Below, piece after piece: positions 10,110-19,982 of a stretch of 61,600 nucleotides of DNA. Both the position numbers and the translations under genes were made by a program. The DNA is taken from IMG/VR virus record IMGVR_UViG_3300025168_000088, positions 1 through 61,600 of that record. The stretch is one strand, 5' to 3'. The notes below the pieces were generated by a model. That model was not told the DNA's origin. It was given only the letters and a program-made list of their open reading frames with translations, and ran no database searches. Source of the stretch: a virus (taxonomy: Duplodnaviria; Caudoviricetes). The stretch's first letter is position 1. Every line of letters starts with the position of its first letter.

Positions 10110-10407
10110 CTTCAATCACCTTCTTTGCTTCTTCGAGTCGGGAGATAAGGTCAGCCTTTGTCCCATCAACTGCGAGGCCGTTGTCGTTGGCAAGCGCAAT
10201 CAACTCAGCCTTTTTCATTTTCTTAATGGAGGATAGCGAAGGTAAATCTTCGACAATATCTTTCAGGTCTTCGGCCAAGTCAAGAACTTCGTCAAGAGTA
10301 ATCTTTCCGTCAGCCATCAATTTTTTGTATGCTTTGTAGCCAGCCAGTCCAAGACCGACGGCGATAGCGGCAATTAGTATAATCATTTCAATGTCCATGT
10401 ATCTCAT
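10096..10407 (-). CDS. Membrane-anchored SAP-domain protein
   Basis: N-terminal TM (IILIAAIAVGLGLAGY); C-terminal SAP motif IKKMKKAELIALANDNGLAVDGTKADLISRL. Confidence 0.75.
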   Translation of the reverse strand: MRYMDIEMIILIAAIAVGLGLAGYKAYKKLMADGKITLDEVLDLAEDLKDIVEDLPSLSSIKKMKKAELIALANDNGLAVDGTKADLISRLEEAKKVIEDVKE

Positions 10408-10574
10408 TCCTTATATTCAATTTGCTTCACAGCGGATGTCGGGATGAACGAAAACGGCTTGGATTCGCCTACCCTATATACTGCGTAGCCGTGGTCCGTC
10501 TTTTCAATGTTCACATTTGTATAACATCTTTCGGGCGGGATATAGATTATTTTTCCTTTTCTTTTATCGTTCAT
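10404..10574 (-). CDS. 56 aa beta-rich hypothetical protein
   Basis: Own translation: MNDKRKGKIIYIPPERCYTNVNIEKTDHGYAVYRVGESKPFSFIPTSAVKQIEYKE. GGAGAG RBS; ATGA overlap with the next gene. Confidence 0.65.
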   Translation of the reverse strand: MNDKRKGKIIYIPPERCYTNVNIEKTDHGYAVYRVGESKPFSFIPTSAVKQIEYKE

Positions 10575-10576
10575 AT

Positions 10577-10750
10577 TTAACTCTCCAAGAATGCTTTGAT
10601 TTCATCGGAACTCCATGCTGGTAATCCGACAGGCCAATTTGAGCCTAAATGGTATTGCCCCCTAAAGTAATTGAAGCAGGTATCGTCATCCATAAACGAC
10701 CAATCTTCATCGGGGAATCTTGTTTCTAATTTTTCTTTTATTGTTGTCAT
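10577..10750 (-). CDS. 57 aa hypothetical protein (fibre-associated?)
   Basis: MTTIKEKLETRFPDEDWSF...; TGATG coupling to the fibre gene. Confidence 0.6.
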   Translation of the reverse strand: MTTIKEKLETRFPDEDWSFMDDDTCFNYFRGQYHLGSNWPVGLPAWSSDEIKAFLES

Positions 10751-13527
10751 CAAGCATCACCTAATCTAATTACTTTTACTGATGTTCGGTAGTCGTTATA
10801 TGAGGCGAGGTAATACCCACACCCATTAAGATAAGCGGAAAAATAAATGTTCACTGCCGAACCGCCGGTTCTAATTTTTGCTGTTGTTTGGTGATTGTAT
10901 TTTACCTGCACACCATTTATTCTAAATACTTCTCTCGTAGTAGCATAGCGTCTATCCCCACTATTGTTTGTTGATATTTCAACAAAAGAATCAATGTTGG
11001 CGGCACCTGTTCCGTGTCCGAAAATATCAGTCGAAAACCATACATCGTAAATACCATTAGCGGCTAAAGTAAGGTAGCCATCGGAGTGTAATACAATACT
11101 TGTATGGTCGCTTGATGTAGTCGCTTGAGTCCAATAATTCGTATCGGCTAAATCCGCAACCCATCTTGTGTTGCTGTTAAAGTCATTGCTTGAGGATGTT
11201 GAGGGGTTGTGATTAACCATACGCCACTCTCCGAACTCCAATGCGCTACCTCCACCACTCATAGCGGCCCAAGTTAAACCACCGGTCGCTCCACTTTGCG
11301 CTGTGAGTGCGTAGCCGTTGGTGGGACTGTTTGATACCTTGAGGTTTGCCTCATCTACTACATCGTCAGCAATAGTTAAAGCGGTTGCCCCTGTAACTTC
11401 GCCACTGTGTGTAGCGTTGGTAACTTTTGCTGTGTTGGCGGCAACATCTGTTGCTATGTCTATACCATCAACTGTGCCTCCTACTGCTATGCTACCTGCT
11501 ACGGTTATGTCGGTTGAGCCATTGGCAACAGTAATTGCTGTTGTTCCACCAGAAGCACTTGTTCCTGTTCCGAGATACAACCCGTCGTTGTAGGCGAATA
11601 CTTGACCCCCACCATCAACCAAAATTGGTTTGCTAAAATAAAATTGGTCGGCATCTGTATAAATATGAGCATACGCACCGGAGTTGCGGCCAATTTGGAT
11701 ATTGCCTCTATTAGTCTGTATTTGAAACATATTGCTTGAGCCACCCGACTCACCGATGCGAACTTTGTCGTCGGTGGCAGGGTCGGCGGGTATAGCGTTA
11801 AGGGTGATTGTCGTTGCCTCAATCTCGCCGGTCATCGTTCCTCCGGCTTTTGGTAAAGCACCATCAACTTTAGCGAGCGTTGCGTTGGCTAATTTGTCGT
11901 CATTAACTGAGTCATTAGCAATAGTAGCGGCCACTGAACCGGAGCCACTGGCGGTTACATCTCCTGTAAGAGCAGTAATTCCACTACCGCCACCACCACC
12001 TACTTCGCTTGACCCAAAGTATAATTTGTTTGAGTCGCCACTGTTCACCCATATTGTTTTTGCTGGATTAGCGGATGATGGATTAGCACCAACAGCGGTG
12101 AACTCCATACCTGTCGGGTCAATAAGACCGGTAACAGTTAATTTACCATCAACAAGTAGTGTCGATGTAGCGGAGGTCCATAGCAGTTTTTCGTTGGAGG
12201 TGAATGTGCCTCCGGCGTTTGATAGTTGCACCCTACCCACTGGGCCATCGGAGGGAGTAATCGGGAATGTATCGGACATAAGTGAGACATATACTCCGTC
12301 GGATAATTGAGAGAAGTTCCATGACCCTTTGATGACTGGCCTACGGACAGAACAAATAGTGCTTGTTGCCCCACTACCTGCTGTGATGTGGCCCTTGAGA
12401 ACTGCGTCAGCCTCTACTGTGAGACTGTTGACTGATAGAGTGCGATTGTTTGGTATCAAGGCTTTGAACCCTGCCGTAGCGGGGGTGCGTAGAATAAGAT
12501 TGTAGAACCTACAAACGAATGGTGCTGTGCCGAATGTAGTATCTCCTGTGACGGGGATAGTCCAGTCGGTAGCATTCATAGTAAATGCAAAGGTAGAAAA
12601 TCCAGCATCAAATGTAGTTCCCCCAATAGCAAAGGTAGATGTGTTTAGAATCTCAAACACTTTAGTTGCGTTTAGAGTAGAGGTTTCTGTTGCACTACCC
12701 ATTTGAAATGTAGATGCCGAGCCTATATTCATAGAGTAGAATGTAGCCGCACCATGAGTGGTAGAGGTAGGTATGCAGTATTCTGGATTAAAGTAGGATG
12801 TTCCGGCTGTTGTCATATTAGGGTATGGTCCATCATCGAACTTCATAGCACCTGTTCCGTTTGCCGAAGTATTGAATGTGTATGTAAGAATGTCTTGGTT
12901 TTCAATAACAGCGTTTTCACCGTTAAGAACATAGCGATTACCAGTGCCCGAAGGATAGCCGCCGCTTAGAGTAATGGTTTTATTTGAACCAGTAGAGTTT
13001 CTCATTGTTGTATCAAGTGTGAACTTACCAGTAGTTATATTTTCATTCATGGCTAATTTAATAGTGGCGAGAACTGTGACCGATTGCCCCGCTGATTCAC
13101 TTTGCAGGGTTGATTGAGTAGTAGTAATTGTATTAGATGAAATAGCGGCAATATCAAAAGTTCCGTTGTTGGCGGCAGTGCTCGCTCCCGATACTACAAT
13201 TTGCATACCAACTCTAAAACCTAAGTCGGCCCAGTTGGTATTAGCATGTGTTATAGTTTGCCCTGCTGTAAATGAAATAAGAGTAGATGTAGTAGTGGCG
13301 GTGTTATACCCACTGTATGTAGTAAATGCCCCAAGAGTAAGTGCTAAATCCCACAGACAGGTGGCATTACCTTTGTCAGCCGTTAATGTGTCGGGATGAC
13401 CTATATGCACATTGTCACTTGAAGAAGGTATGCCGGCTGAACCCGACCCATTAGCCGCTGTGTTCCAAGCCGAAGCAGTATTGGCACTTGTAGAGCCACC
13501 ATTTTGAACCCAGTATCTATCAGCCAT
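10750..13527 (-). CDS. Fibre/adhesin-like virion protein
   Basis: 925 aa, Thr/Gly/Ser-rich, poly-Gly linkers, fibre-type repeats (GDVTASG..TIANDSV; GEVTGA..TIADDVV) and a C-terminal C1q/BclA-like beta domain (YLTLAANGIYDVWFS). Confidence 0.8.
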   Translation of the reverse strand: MADRYWVQNGGSTSANTASAWNTAANGSGSAGIPSSSDNVHIGHPDTLTADKGNATCLWDLALTLGAFTTYSGYNTATTTSTLISFTAGQTITHANTNWADLGFRVGMQIVVSGASTAANNGTFDIAAISSNTITTTQSTLQSESAGQSVTVLATIKLAMNENITTGKFTLDTTMRNSTGSNKTITLSGGYPSGTGNRYVLNGENAVIENQDILTYTFNTSANGTGAMKFDDGPYPNMTTAGTSYFNPEYCIPTSTTHGAATFYSMNIGSASTFQMGSATETSTLNATKVFEILNTSTFAIGGTTFDAGFSTFAFTMNATDWTIPVTGDTTFGTAPFVCRFYNLILRTPATAGFKALIPNNRTLSVNSLTVEADAVLKGHITAGSGATSTICSVRRPVIKGSWNFSQLSDGVYVSLMSDTFPITPSDGPVGRVQLSNAGGTFTSNEKLLWTSATSTLLVDGKLTVTGLIDPTGMEFTAVGANPSSANPAKTIWVNSGDSNKLYFGSSEVGGGGGSGITALTGDVTASGSGSVAATIANDSVNDDKLANATLAKVDGALPKAGGTMTGEIEATTITLNAIPADPATDDKVRIGESGGSSNMFQIQTNRGNIQIGRNSGAYAHIYTDADQFYFSKPILVDGGGQVFAYNDGLYLGTGTSASGGTTAITVANGSTDITVAGSIAVGGTVDGIDIATDVAANTAKVTNATHSGEVTGATALTIADDVVDEANLKVSNSPTNGYALTAQSGATGGLTWAAMSGGGSALEFGEWRMVNHNPSTSSSNDFNSNTRWVADLADTNYWTQATTSSDHTSIVLHSDGYLTLAANGIYDVWFSTDIFGHGTGAANIDSFVEISTNNSGDRRYATTREVFRINGVQVKYNHQTTAKIRTGGSAVNIYFSAYLNGCGYYLASYNDYRTSVKVIRLGDA

Positions 13528-13536
13528 TTAATCAAC

Positions 13537-13923
13537 TCATACAAGGCGGGTCTTTGAATTACCAGTAGCAAAGGTTGCAGTTCCTAAGTCAGTAATCAAA
13601 GCCAGTGCCTCGTCAGCCCTTTGCTGAAAAGTCAATATCTGTTGTTGAAAACGCCTGTCATATACCCTTTGCTGGTCTTCACTATAATATGACGGGACAG
13701 TATCTATGAGTATGTTAAGGCAGTCAAGAGCGACCAACATTTTGATTGCTCCTTCTTTGAGGTCAGTGCTTGGTGCTTGACTCGCTCCGACTCCGTATGA
13801 AGTTCCACGAGCGACTTTATTTACCTCGTTGGTCCGAATTGAAATCATCTCGGTTATGGTGCCCTCATTCAAACCTCTCGGTCTGTTTAGGACATCTCGA
13901 ATGTTGTCACTCGTCACTGCCAT
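13537..13923 (-). CDS. Head-tail connector/adaptor
   Basis: 128 aa helical protein two genes downstream of the capsid gene. Confidence 0.5.
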   Translation of the reverse strand: MAVTSDNIRDVLNRPRGLNEGTITEMISIRTNEVNKVARGTSYGVGASQAPSTDLKEGAIKMLVALDCLNILIDTVPSYYSEDQQRVYDRRFQQQILTFQQRADEALALITDLGTATFATGNSKTRLV

Positions 13924-14263
13924 TATCTACACCTATTCCCCATCTGTCGTTAAAGTCTTTTGGAACATCAAGTAGAGTAGCACCTTTTGGTGCGTTAAGT
14001 TCTCTACCCATGATAAAGACCAAGCGGGTTTCGGCAATTAGTCGAGCAAATCTACTATTGGGAACCCAGTAAATGTTACCGAACTCAAGTAGATGGGCTG
14101 GATTATCCAGTCCCTTACGAGAAGGGGGGATAGCGAGTCTAAAGAGGTAGCCTTTGCCACCATCCCAAGTATCAAGTCGATGCTTTAATTCATCGAGACC
14201 TGCGCCTTTCGGCACTGGGATGTCTTTAGCCTTGAGTCTCTTTATGATTTGAGCCTTATTCAA
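13907..14263 (-). CDS. Hypothetical protein with N-terminal HeH/LEM-like motif
   Basis: MNKAQIIKRLKAKDIPVPKGAGLDELKHRL; GGTGA RBS with TTG start; follows the capsid gene. Confidence 0.55.
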   Translation of the reverse strand: MNKAQIIKRLKAKDIPVPKGAGLDELKHRLDTWDGGKGYLFRLAIPPSRKGLDNPAHLLEFGNIYWVPNSRFARLIAETRLVFIMGRELNAPKGATLLDVPKDFNDRWGIGVDNGSDE

Positions 14264-14279
14264 GGAAAATCACCAGTAA

Positions 14280-15188
14280 TCAAACGACTCCAGTGATTTT
14301 AAAGATACGATTGTTCTTGCCGGAGGCGGCACCATCTTGCATCTCGTGAATCACTGAACCCATGTATGAGGTGAGAAGCCATGAGAAGCCGACACCTTCA
14401 ATTCGAGTAAGTTCTGTTTCGGTAAATCCGTCACCGTTGTATTGGAAAAACTCAGCAGTCTGTGCTCCACCAATCAAAAGGAGAGCGTCACTACCGATTG
14501 CTCCACCTGCACCGAAGTCACGGGTGTAGTAGACTGTCAAGTTAATCATGGTGTTCAAACGCTCTTGGAGAGATTGGAGAACATTCGTGTAAAGACGAGT
14601 GTTCAACATTTGAGCACGACATGATGCAGGGAGGATAAGAGCGAGTGGTTCGTTACCGGAAACACGAGCGTTCTCAAAGATTTTATCCATTCCAGTAAGA
14701 ATGTCGAGTTCTTCATCAGCACCACCAGCACCCCAAGCCGCAGTAGCGGCGGCAGTTTGACCTGCACCAGCATGCAACTTAGCGAGGATGTGGTTGTCAA
14801 TCAAATCGGCTCGTGCTTGCACGATTGCCATTTGTTGACGGTTCATGTTTTCCCATGTTTCGCCACGAAGTAGTGTGGAGTCAAGGAAAACACATCGGCC
14901 TTGTCCCTTTTCGAGTTTGACGGAGTAGTTTGCTGTTCCAATCTTGGTTGGGTCAACGACTGCGTTATCATCGAGAGGGTAGGTGAAGGTTCCTGTTGCA
15001 CCGCTATACCAAGTAAAGGTAAGCCACGGCACAGTTCGGACACCAACGACTTGAGTTCCGACAGCAATCGTAGTAGATTGAAGTTGGATAAAGTCACGGA
15101 GGGTTTGTTCAAGCACTGCGTCGCCCTTTCCAAAAGGTCCAGTAGCGGCACTTACATTCAATAGTTGTTCTAAGGATTCGTTAGCCAT
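14280..15188 (-). CDS. Major capsid protein (HK97 fold)
   Basis: ~302 aa (likely start MANESL). Follows protease and decoration genes. Has an E-loop-like segment, a backbone helix (QMAIVQARADLIDNHIL) and a C-terminal IFKITGV strand. Confidence 0.85.
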   Translation of the reverse strand: MANESLEQLLNVSAATGPFGKGDAVLEQTLRDFIQLQSTTIAVGTQVVGVRTVPWLTFTWYSGATGTFTYPLDDNAVVDPTKIGTANYSVKLEKGQGRCVFLDSTLLRGETWENMNRQQMAIVQARADLIDNHILAKLHAGAGQTAAATAAWGAGGADEELDILTGMDKIFENARVSGNEPLALILPASCRAQMLNTRLYTNVLQSLQERLNTMINLTVYYTRDFGAGGAIGSDALLLIGGAQTAEFFQYNGDGFTETELTRIEGVGFSWLLTSYMGSVIHEMQDGAASGKNNRIFKITGVV

Positions 15189-15230
15189 ATTATTCACTTC
15201 CATTTATTTTTATCATGCTTTCAGTCAGCC

Positions 15231-15656
15231 TCAAATGTGGGCACCTCGACAGAAGACAGGAATTAGGTCGCCAGCGGCAGGGGTAATGCCATCTTCACCG
15301 AAGTAATATCCGACGAAGGTAGCAGAGTTGGATGCTGTGGTGTGCACATGGCCGTCAGCCTCAGCAGTCTGTGAAACATACAATGCTTCTCCAGTTTTTA
15401 GAGCACCGCCACCAACGCACTTAATCATTTGCACGCCGGTAAGAGGTAGGATTGAAACAGTTCCGGTTCCAGCCGCTTCAAGGGTGCCATCGACACCACG
15501 GCTTGATTCATCAATTGTTACACCGATTGGTTTGTCTGTAACACTCGCAGTTATCATAATACCTGCGGCGTTGTATTTCACCAGCAAGCCCATGCTTGCG
15601 AATGTGTTCTGTATATCTTTTGCGTTGACGGGGGTTTGTCCACTGTATGCACTCAT
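15231..15656 (-). CDS. Capsid decoration/cement protein (beta-tulip-like)
   Basis: 141 aa with KPIGV, GEALYV and VGYY..AGDLIPV patterns, between scaffold and capsid genes. Confidence 0.7.
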   Translation of the reverse strand: MSAYSGQTPVNAKDIQNTFASMGLLVKYNAAGIMITASVTDKPIGVTIDESSRGVDGTLEAAGTGTVSILPLTGVQMIKCVGGGALKTGEALYVSQTAEADGHVHTTASNSATFVGYYFGEDGITPAAGDLIPVFCRGAHI

Positions 15657-15671
15657 TTAAATCACCTTTAT

Positions 15672-16139
15672 TTATTGTAGTTCCTCGTATAACTTAGCCT
15701 TTTGCATATCGGCTCCAGCCATAACAGTATTGTAGGCGTTTGCCCAACTGTTGTAGCATCGTGCATAGAGGGATTCGGAGGATTCGACAACTTTACCGTT
15801 TAGGTAGTTGGCGACAACTGGTTCGGAGGATTCTTCGGAAGCCTCGACTGGTTCGGAGGTTGCTGGAGTTGCAGGTGTCATTTCAACAACTGCTTCTTCA
15901 ACTGGCGCAGGTCGGGAGGATTCCCAAGATGCGATAACGGAGTTCAATGTTTCTGTTGAGAAGTCGTCGTGACCTTTGAGGCCCATGTCGGATGCTTTCT
16001 TAACAAGAGCGAGTCTTGATTCCTCAGCACGAGCGAGGTCAGCGGCTTCGTATTCTGCAATTTTTGCTTCTCGCAAAACGAGTTCGGCTTGTAGTGCTTC
16101 CATATCGGATGCGGTTGATTCAATTTGTTCATCGGTCAT
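15672..16139 (-). CDS. Nested in-frame scaffolding protein (internal start)
   Basis: AAGGTGAATAATATG internal RBS and ATG (MTDEQIES...), with a TATA-like TTTATGTA upstream. Confidence 0.6.
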   Translation of the reverse strand: MTDEQIESTASDMEALQAELVLREAKIAEYEAADLARAEESRLALVKKASDMGLKGHDDFSTETLNSVIASWESSRPAPVEEAVVEMTPATPATSEPVEASEESSEPVVANYLNGKVVESSESLYARCYNSWANAYNTVMAGADMQKAKLYEELQ

Positions 16140-17948
16140 ATTATTCACCTTCGAGTAATCAGTGCTACTTTCGGGTTGATACATAAAGGTTTCATTGGCA
16201 ATCACCTTTTCCGCTGTTTCTATGTTCGCTTCGGAATAAGCCGGCCTGTGAACAATGGCGAGATGGTCGAACTCAAAGTCATCAGCGAACCACATAGTAG
16301 GGCGACCGCCATCTTCGTCAGCCTCGACTATTTCACTTGGCACTCCAGTTCCGCCAATAGATACCCCGTATTGAGGGCGCATCCATAGACCGGATTCAAG
16401 AGAAGCAAATAGTTCTGTTCTGTGAACTTCGGCTACATATCGAACTTGGTAGCCTTTTTTAGTAGCGTGGTATGATGCTTCGGTGACAACGCCTACTGTG
16501 GCTTCGTCAACTCCGCCATCCATGTTTCGACGGAACCTACCCATCTCGGACTTAGGATGATTAAGTGTAACATCGGCACCTACCATTTCATCAGCGAGTC
16601 GCTGTGCGAGAGCAGGGCGAACTCCCCATGAGTTCTTGTTAATACCATCAGTAAATGCAATACCACTAATTCGCATAATGCTTTTGCCGGTGCTCGCTTC
16701 GATTCTTGTTTCGATGTTTTCAATTTCAATATCACAGGTTACTGCGATACGAATACATTCTCCGTCAACCATTTCTTGTCCAATAGGACATTCGGTGTCG
16801 CACTCGGAGGCATACTTCTTTTTCTTTTCATCGTCGTGGTATGCTTCGTGGCTTTCGTCATCATGTGCTTCGTCTTGGTCTTTGAACTTATGACCTTCAT
16901 GAGCCTTCATGCACTCAGCCTCGGAGTAACCCATCTTTTGACAGCGGGACATGTATTGGTCGTGTGTTTCGTCCGATGTTGGCTTAGGTTCAGCCGCCTC
17001 GACTGATTCGCCAGTGCATCCACAGCCACATCCGCCCATACTACTTTCGACTGTTTCGTTTGATATATCATCATTGGCTTCTACTTTATTTGTAGACCAT
17101 TGACGACACGACCAGTAGCCGGCTTTTGTTCTATCTTTTTTATTTGCACAGTCATGGCGGTCACGGAATGCCTTTCGACGCTTAGGGTCGTCACGCTTAA
17201 TCTCCATGTTGGGGTCGCCAAATCGAACAATAATAACTCGACCGGCTTTGTTTTGAACATACACTGCGAACTTCTTTGGACCACCCTTTGTTCGGAATGG
17301 TTTATTAAGCGTAACTTTGCGCCCTTGATATTCGGCGGCAATAATTGGCTCGCCCCAATCTTCATACTCTTCGTCAGCACGAGGGTGGGACTTGGGCAGT
17401 AGGTCGTTGTCTTGCTTGTAATTTGGGTTGGATGGTCTACCGTTTCGCAAAAGGTAAAGGAATGCTTTGACTCGTGCAAGACCCCAACCGTTTCTTGACA
17501 TGTTGGGAGCATGTGACCTACTGAAAGCACCAGCACCCCTACGAAAGACTGATTTAAGCATACCCATAGAGGCTTTGCTACCCTTGTCTTTCTTGTTATG
17601 TTCTGTCATTAACTTACGAATGCTGGCCTCAGTTGACTCGCTCATCTTGATTGAATCGTTAGGTTTGCTCGCTGAGTCTTTTTTGTTTTTCTTAGAGCCT
17701 TTACGACGCTCGCTTGGTTTAGCAGGGGTCTTTCGTGCGTCATCTTTATCGGGCTTACCATATTGTAAAGCCTCTACTGTCTCAAGTGATGCTGTCTTTT
17801 CCTTACCTTTGTCCTCAAAGTATGTATTGCATACTGCGGCTCTTTGAGCAGGGTTGCCAAACTCATCTACCATTTTACTGTCGCCCATGCACCGGTCCAT
17901 CCAGTCATCTTTACTTTCATTTGGTTTTGGTGTTGGCATGATAATCAC
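15672..17948 (-). CDS. Prohead protease-scaffold fusion with multiple N-terminal accessory domains
   Basis: Protease core ISGIAF...VTLNH...YGVSIGG...HLAIVHRPAY; C-terminal coiled-coil scaffold; located between portal and capsid genes. Confidence 0.85.
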   Translation of the reverse strand: MIIMPTPKPNESKDDWMDRCMGDSKMVDEFGNPAQRAAVCNTYFEDKGKEKTASLETVEALQYGKPDKDDARKTPAKPSERRKGSKKNKKDSASKPNDSIKMSESTEASIRKLMTEHNKKDKGSKASMGMLKSVFRRGAGAFSRSHAPNMSRNGWGLARVKAFLYLLRNGRPSNPNYKQDNDLLPKSHPRADEEYEDWGEPIIAAEYQGRKVTLNKPFRTKGGPKKFAVYVQNKAGRVIIVRFGDPNMEIKRDDPKRRKAFRDRHDCANKKDRTKAGYWSCRQWSTNKVEANDDISNETVESSMGGCGCGCTGESVEAAEPKPTSDETHDQYMSRCQKMGYSEAECMKAHEGHKFKDQDEAHDDESHEAYHDDEKKKKYASECDTECPIGQEMVDGECIRIAVTCDIEIENIETRIEASTGKSIMRISGIAFTDGINKNSWGVRPALAQRLADEMVGADVTLNHPKSEMGRFRRNMDGGVDEATVGVVTEASYHATKKGYQVRYVAEVHRTELFASLESGLWMRPQYGVSIGGTGVPSEIVEADEDGGRPTMWFADDFEFDHLAIVHRPAYSEANIETAEKVIANETFMYQPESSTDYSKVNNMTDEQIESTASDMEALQAELVLREAKIAEYEAADLARAEESRLALVKKASDMGLKGHDDFSTETLNSVIASWESSRPAPVEEAVVEMTPATPATSEPVEASEESSEPVVANYLNGKVVESSESLYARCYNSWANAYNTVMAGADMQKAKLYEELQ

Positions 17949-18379
17949 TCCTCGCTCATCTTATGAACAGGTGTTAATTTTACAATGGTTTCTTTATGCT
18001 TCTCAACAATGTGAGAATGTTCTTGAGCGGCCATTAACATTTGTTGTTGGTGGATTTGCTCGGACTTTTCAAGTTCAATCATATGTTGCTTACGCAATCC
18101 ATCACGAATACGCTCGTGTTCCATTTCAACACCCATGTTGTCAATCTCAATTGTTTGTTCGGATTCCCACATACGAAGAACTGTTTGTAGGGCTGGTGCC
18201 GAAACACCACTGATGATTGCGATAAGTGCGATAAACCCGTCAAGGTTGGTGAGGACAACATCGGGATGAACAATACCCATGCCTACTACTGCGCCGGCGG
18301 CGAGAAGCCAAAGGTAAATTGCAGGTAGAACTGTTCGCTTAACCATACGGTCGTTAAAGGTATCTTTATTTTTCATCAT
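17945..18379 (-). CDS. Two-TM membrane protein
   Basis: Likely start MMKNK at 18379 with GGAGGA RBS; two hydrophobic helices followed by a coiled coil. Confidence 0.7.
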   Translation of the reverse strand: MMKNKDTFNDRMVKRTVLPAIYLWLLAAGAVVGMGIVHPDVVLTNLDGFIALIAIISGVSAPALQTVLRMWESEQTIEIDNMGVEMEHERIRDGLRKQHMIELEKSEQIHQQQMLMAAQEHSHIVEKHKETIVKLTPVHKMSEE

Positions 18380-18380
18380 T

Positions 18381-19790
18381 TCATATTCCTCCAGTGTCAC
18401 TTTCGGATTCTTCGGGCGGTTTGTTTTCGTTGTCACGGGGCAGTTCTCCTACATTACTATCGGAGGCCGGCCCCTTATATCGTTGTTTTCCAACGCTGGC
18501 CTTTTCAGCAGGTAGACTTAACTCAAATCGTGCTTCGTTAAGAGTAGTGATTCCCGATTCAAATGCCATACTTGCTCGGCGTGTTTGCTCAAATGGGGAT
18601 TCTTCATCCATTGGTTCAAACATAACCTTTGGTAAATCACCATTGATGTGTGCAATACCAAGCAGTTCTAAGTGCTTAGAAAATAATGCCTGCATAGATT
18701 GAGCGAGAATAGATTGTAGACGGCGAATTGCTTGGACCGACCACTGGCTCGCATTGTATGTAGCGGCAAAGGTAGAACCCCGCTCTTGACCCATACTTAC
18801 TCTTGGCACATGTAGAACAGATGAAATGTCAGCGTTGACCGAATCTAAGAAGCCGGAGTTATCGGGCACTGTATTCTTGAGGTCAACGAACTCCATGTTT
18901 ACATAGTGGGGGAGAATAGGCACTTGGTCCGAGCGTAGGCCATCAAGTAGAGTTCCTACTGAATCCATAACATAGTTAAGGCGAGCCTCGGCTTCGTCGG
19001 GGTCGTTGATATTTTCTACTGCTTCGGGGCCAATAGTAATGTATTGCTTTGTAAGAGAGTCTTCAAGAGCGATACGATTGTTCATGCTGTTGTATTTTGC
19101 ACGAATGGCTTGTTTGAGAGCGGTAAATCGGGATGCGCCCCAAACACCATAAGTCCAGCGACCTAAGCGGTCACGAAGCCAATTGGAGCGGTAATCAATT
19201 CGTATGTGTAGAATCTCGTCAGCCGAAAATGTTTGGGGGTCACGGACTTGTTCTCGCAACAAATACTTTTCCGCTTTCATAATAGCGTTTTCTTTGTCAG
19301 TCTGTGTGGAGGCTACTCGGTCATCCATAATAGTGACTTGAGCAATAGGTAGTGATTGTAGTTCTGTCACACCAACTCCAGTCTTACCAACATACTTTGA
19401 GATGTCGTTGCCGTAGACCATGAGGTTTCGCATGCCGTTGATAAGCAGGTCGTCAAAGTCAAGTGTCTCTTCGGTGAGAGTCTTGATTGCGTTTCTAATG
19501 GAGGCGTTCTTGCCGCCTATGATTTGATACTTGTTTGCTGTAAGACTGATAGTTCGGACTGCGCCGTTAAGTTCGGGGTCGTAGTTGAGCATGTCGTCGT
19601 ATAGGTCGAACTCATTTGTATGGTCGAAAGCACCACGCAGTGCTTCGGTATTCTTTACAATTTCATCAATGCCAGCGGCCATGACCGCAAAGGGACTATC
19701 CCCTCTACGACTTGCCGTAGTTCTAAGAGGAATGACAGGCTCCTCGGTTGCCGTGACAATGCGATTTGAAAATGGATTCCACCACGCCAT
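18381..19790 (-). CDS. Portal protein
   Basis: 469 aa after TerL; FSADEILHIR, YGVWGAS, ISSVLHVP and GITTLNEARFELSLP portal motifs. Confidence 0.92.
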   Translation of the reverse strand: MAWWNPFSNRIVTATEEPVIPLRTTASRRGDSPFAVMAAGIDEIVKNTEALRGAFDHTNEFDLYDDMLNYDPELNGAVRTISLTANKYQIIGGKNASIRNAIKTLTEETLDFDDLLINGMRNLMVYGNDISKYVGKTGVGVTELQSLPIAQVTIMDDRVASTQTDKENAIMKAEKYLLREQVRDPQTFSADEILHIRIDYRSNWLRDRLGRWTYGVWGASRFTALKQAIRAKYNSMNNRIALEDSLTKQYITIGPEAVENINDPDEAEARLNYVMDSVGTLLDGLRSDQVPILPHYVNMEFVDLKNTVPDNSGFLDSVNADISSVLHVPRVSMGQERGSTFAATYNASQWSVQAIRRLQSILAQSMQALFSKHLELLGIAHINGDLPKVMFEPMDEESPFEQTRRASMAFESGITTLNEARFELSLPAEKASVGKQRYKGPASDSNVGELPRDNENKPPEESESDTGGI

Positions 19791-19822
19791 GATTTACCCA
19801 CATGTGGTATGTTATATGAACA

Positions 19823-19951
19823 TCACTCGTGCCAAATGCTTTTTTTCTTTCCTTTTCTTTTATATATGAAGTAGGCCACTCCAATCCAAAAGAGACATTC
19901 TATAACTATAAGTCCATAAACGGCTAAGAATGGGTGTATCATTGGACTCAT
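19823..19951 (-). CDS. Small single-TM protein
   Basis: MSPMIHPFLAVYGLIVIECLFWIGVAYFIYKRKGKKK; fills the TerL-portal gap. Confidence 0.45.
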   Translation of the reverse strand: MSPMIHPFLAVYGLIVIECLFWIGVAYFIYKRKGKKKSIWHE

Positions 19952-19982
19952 GTTTGGTATTTTTTCATGCGAGGCTTTAACA

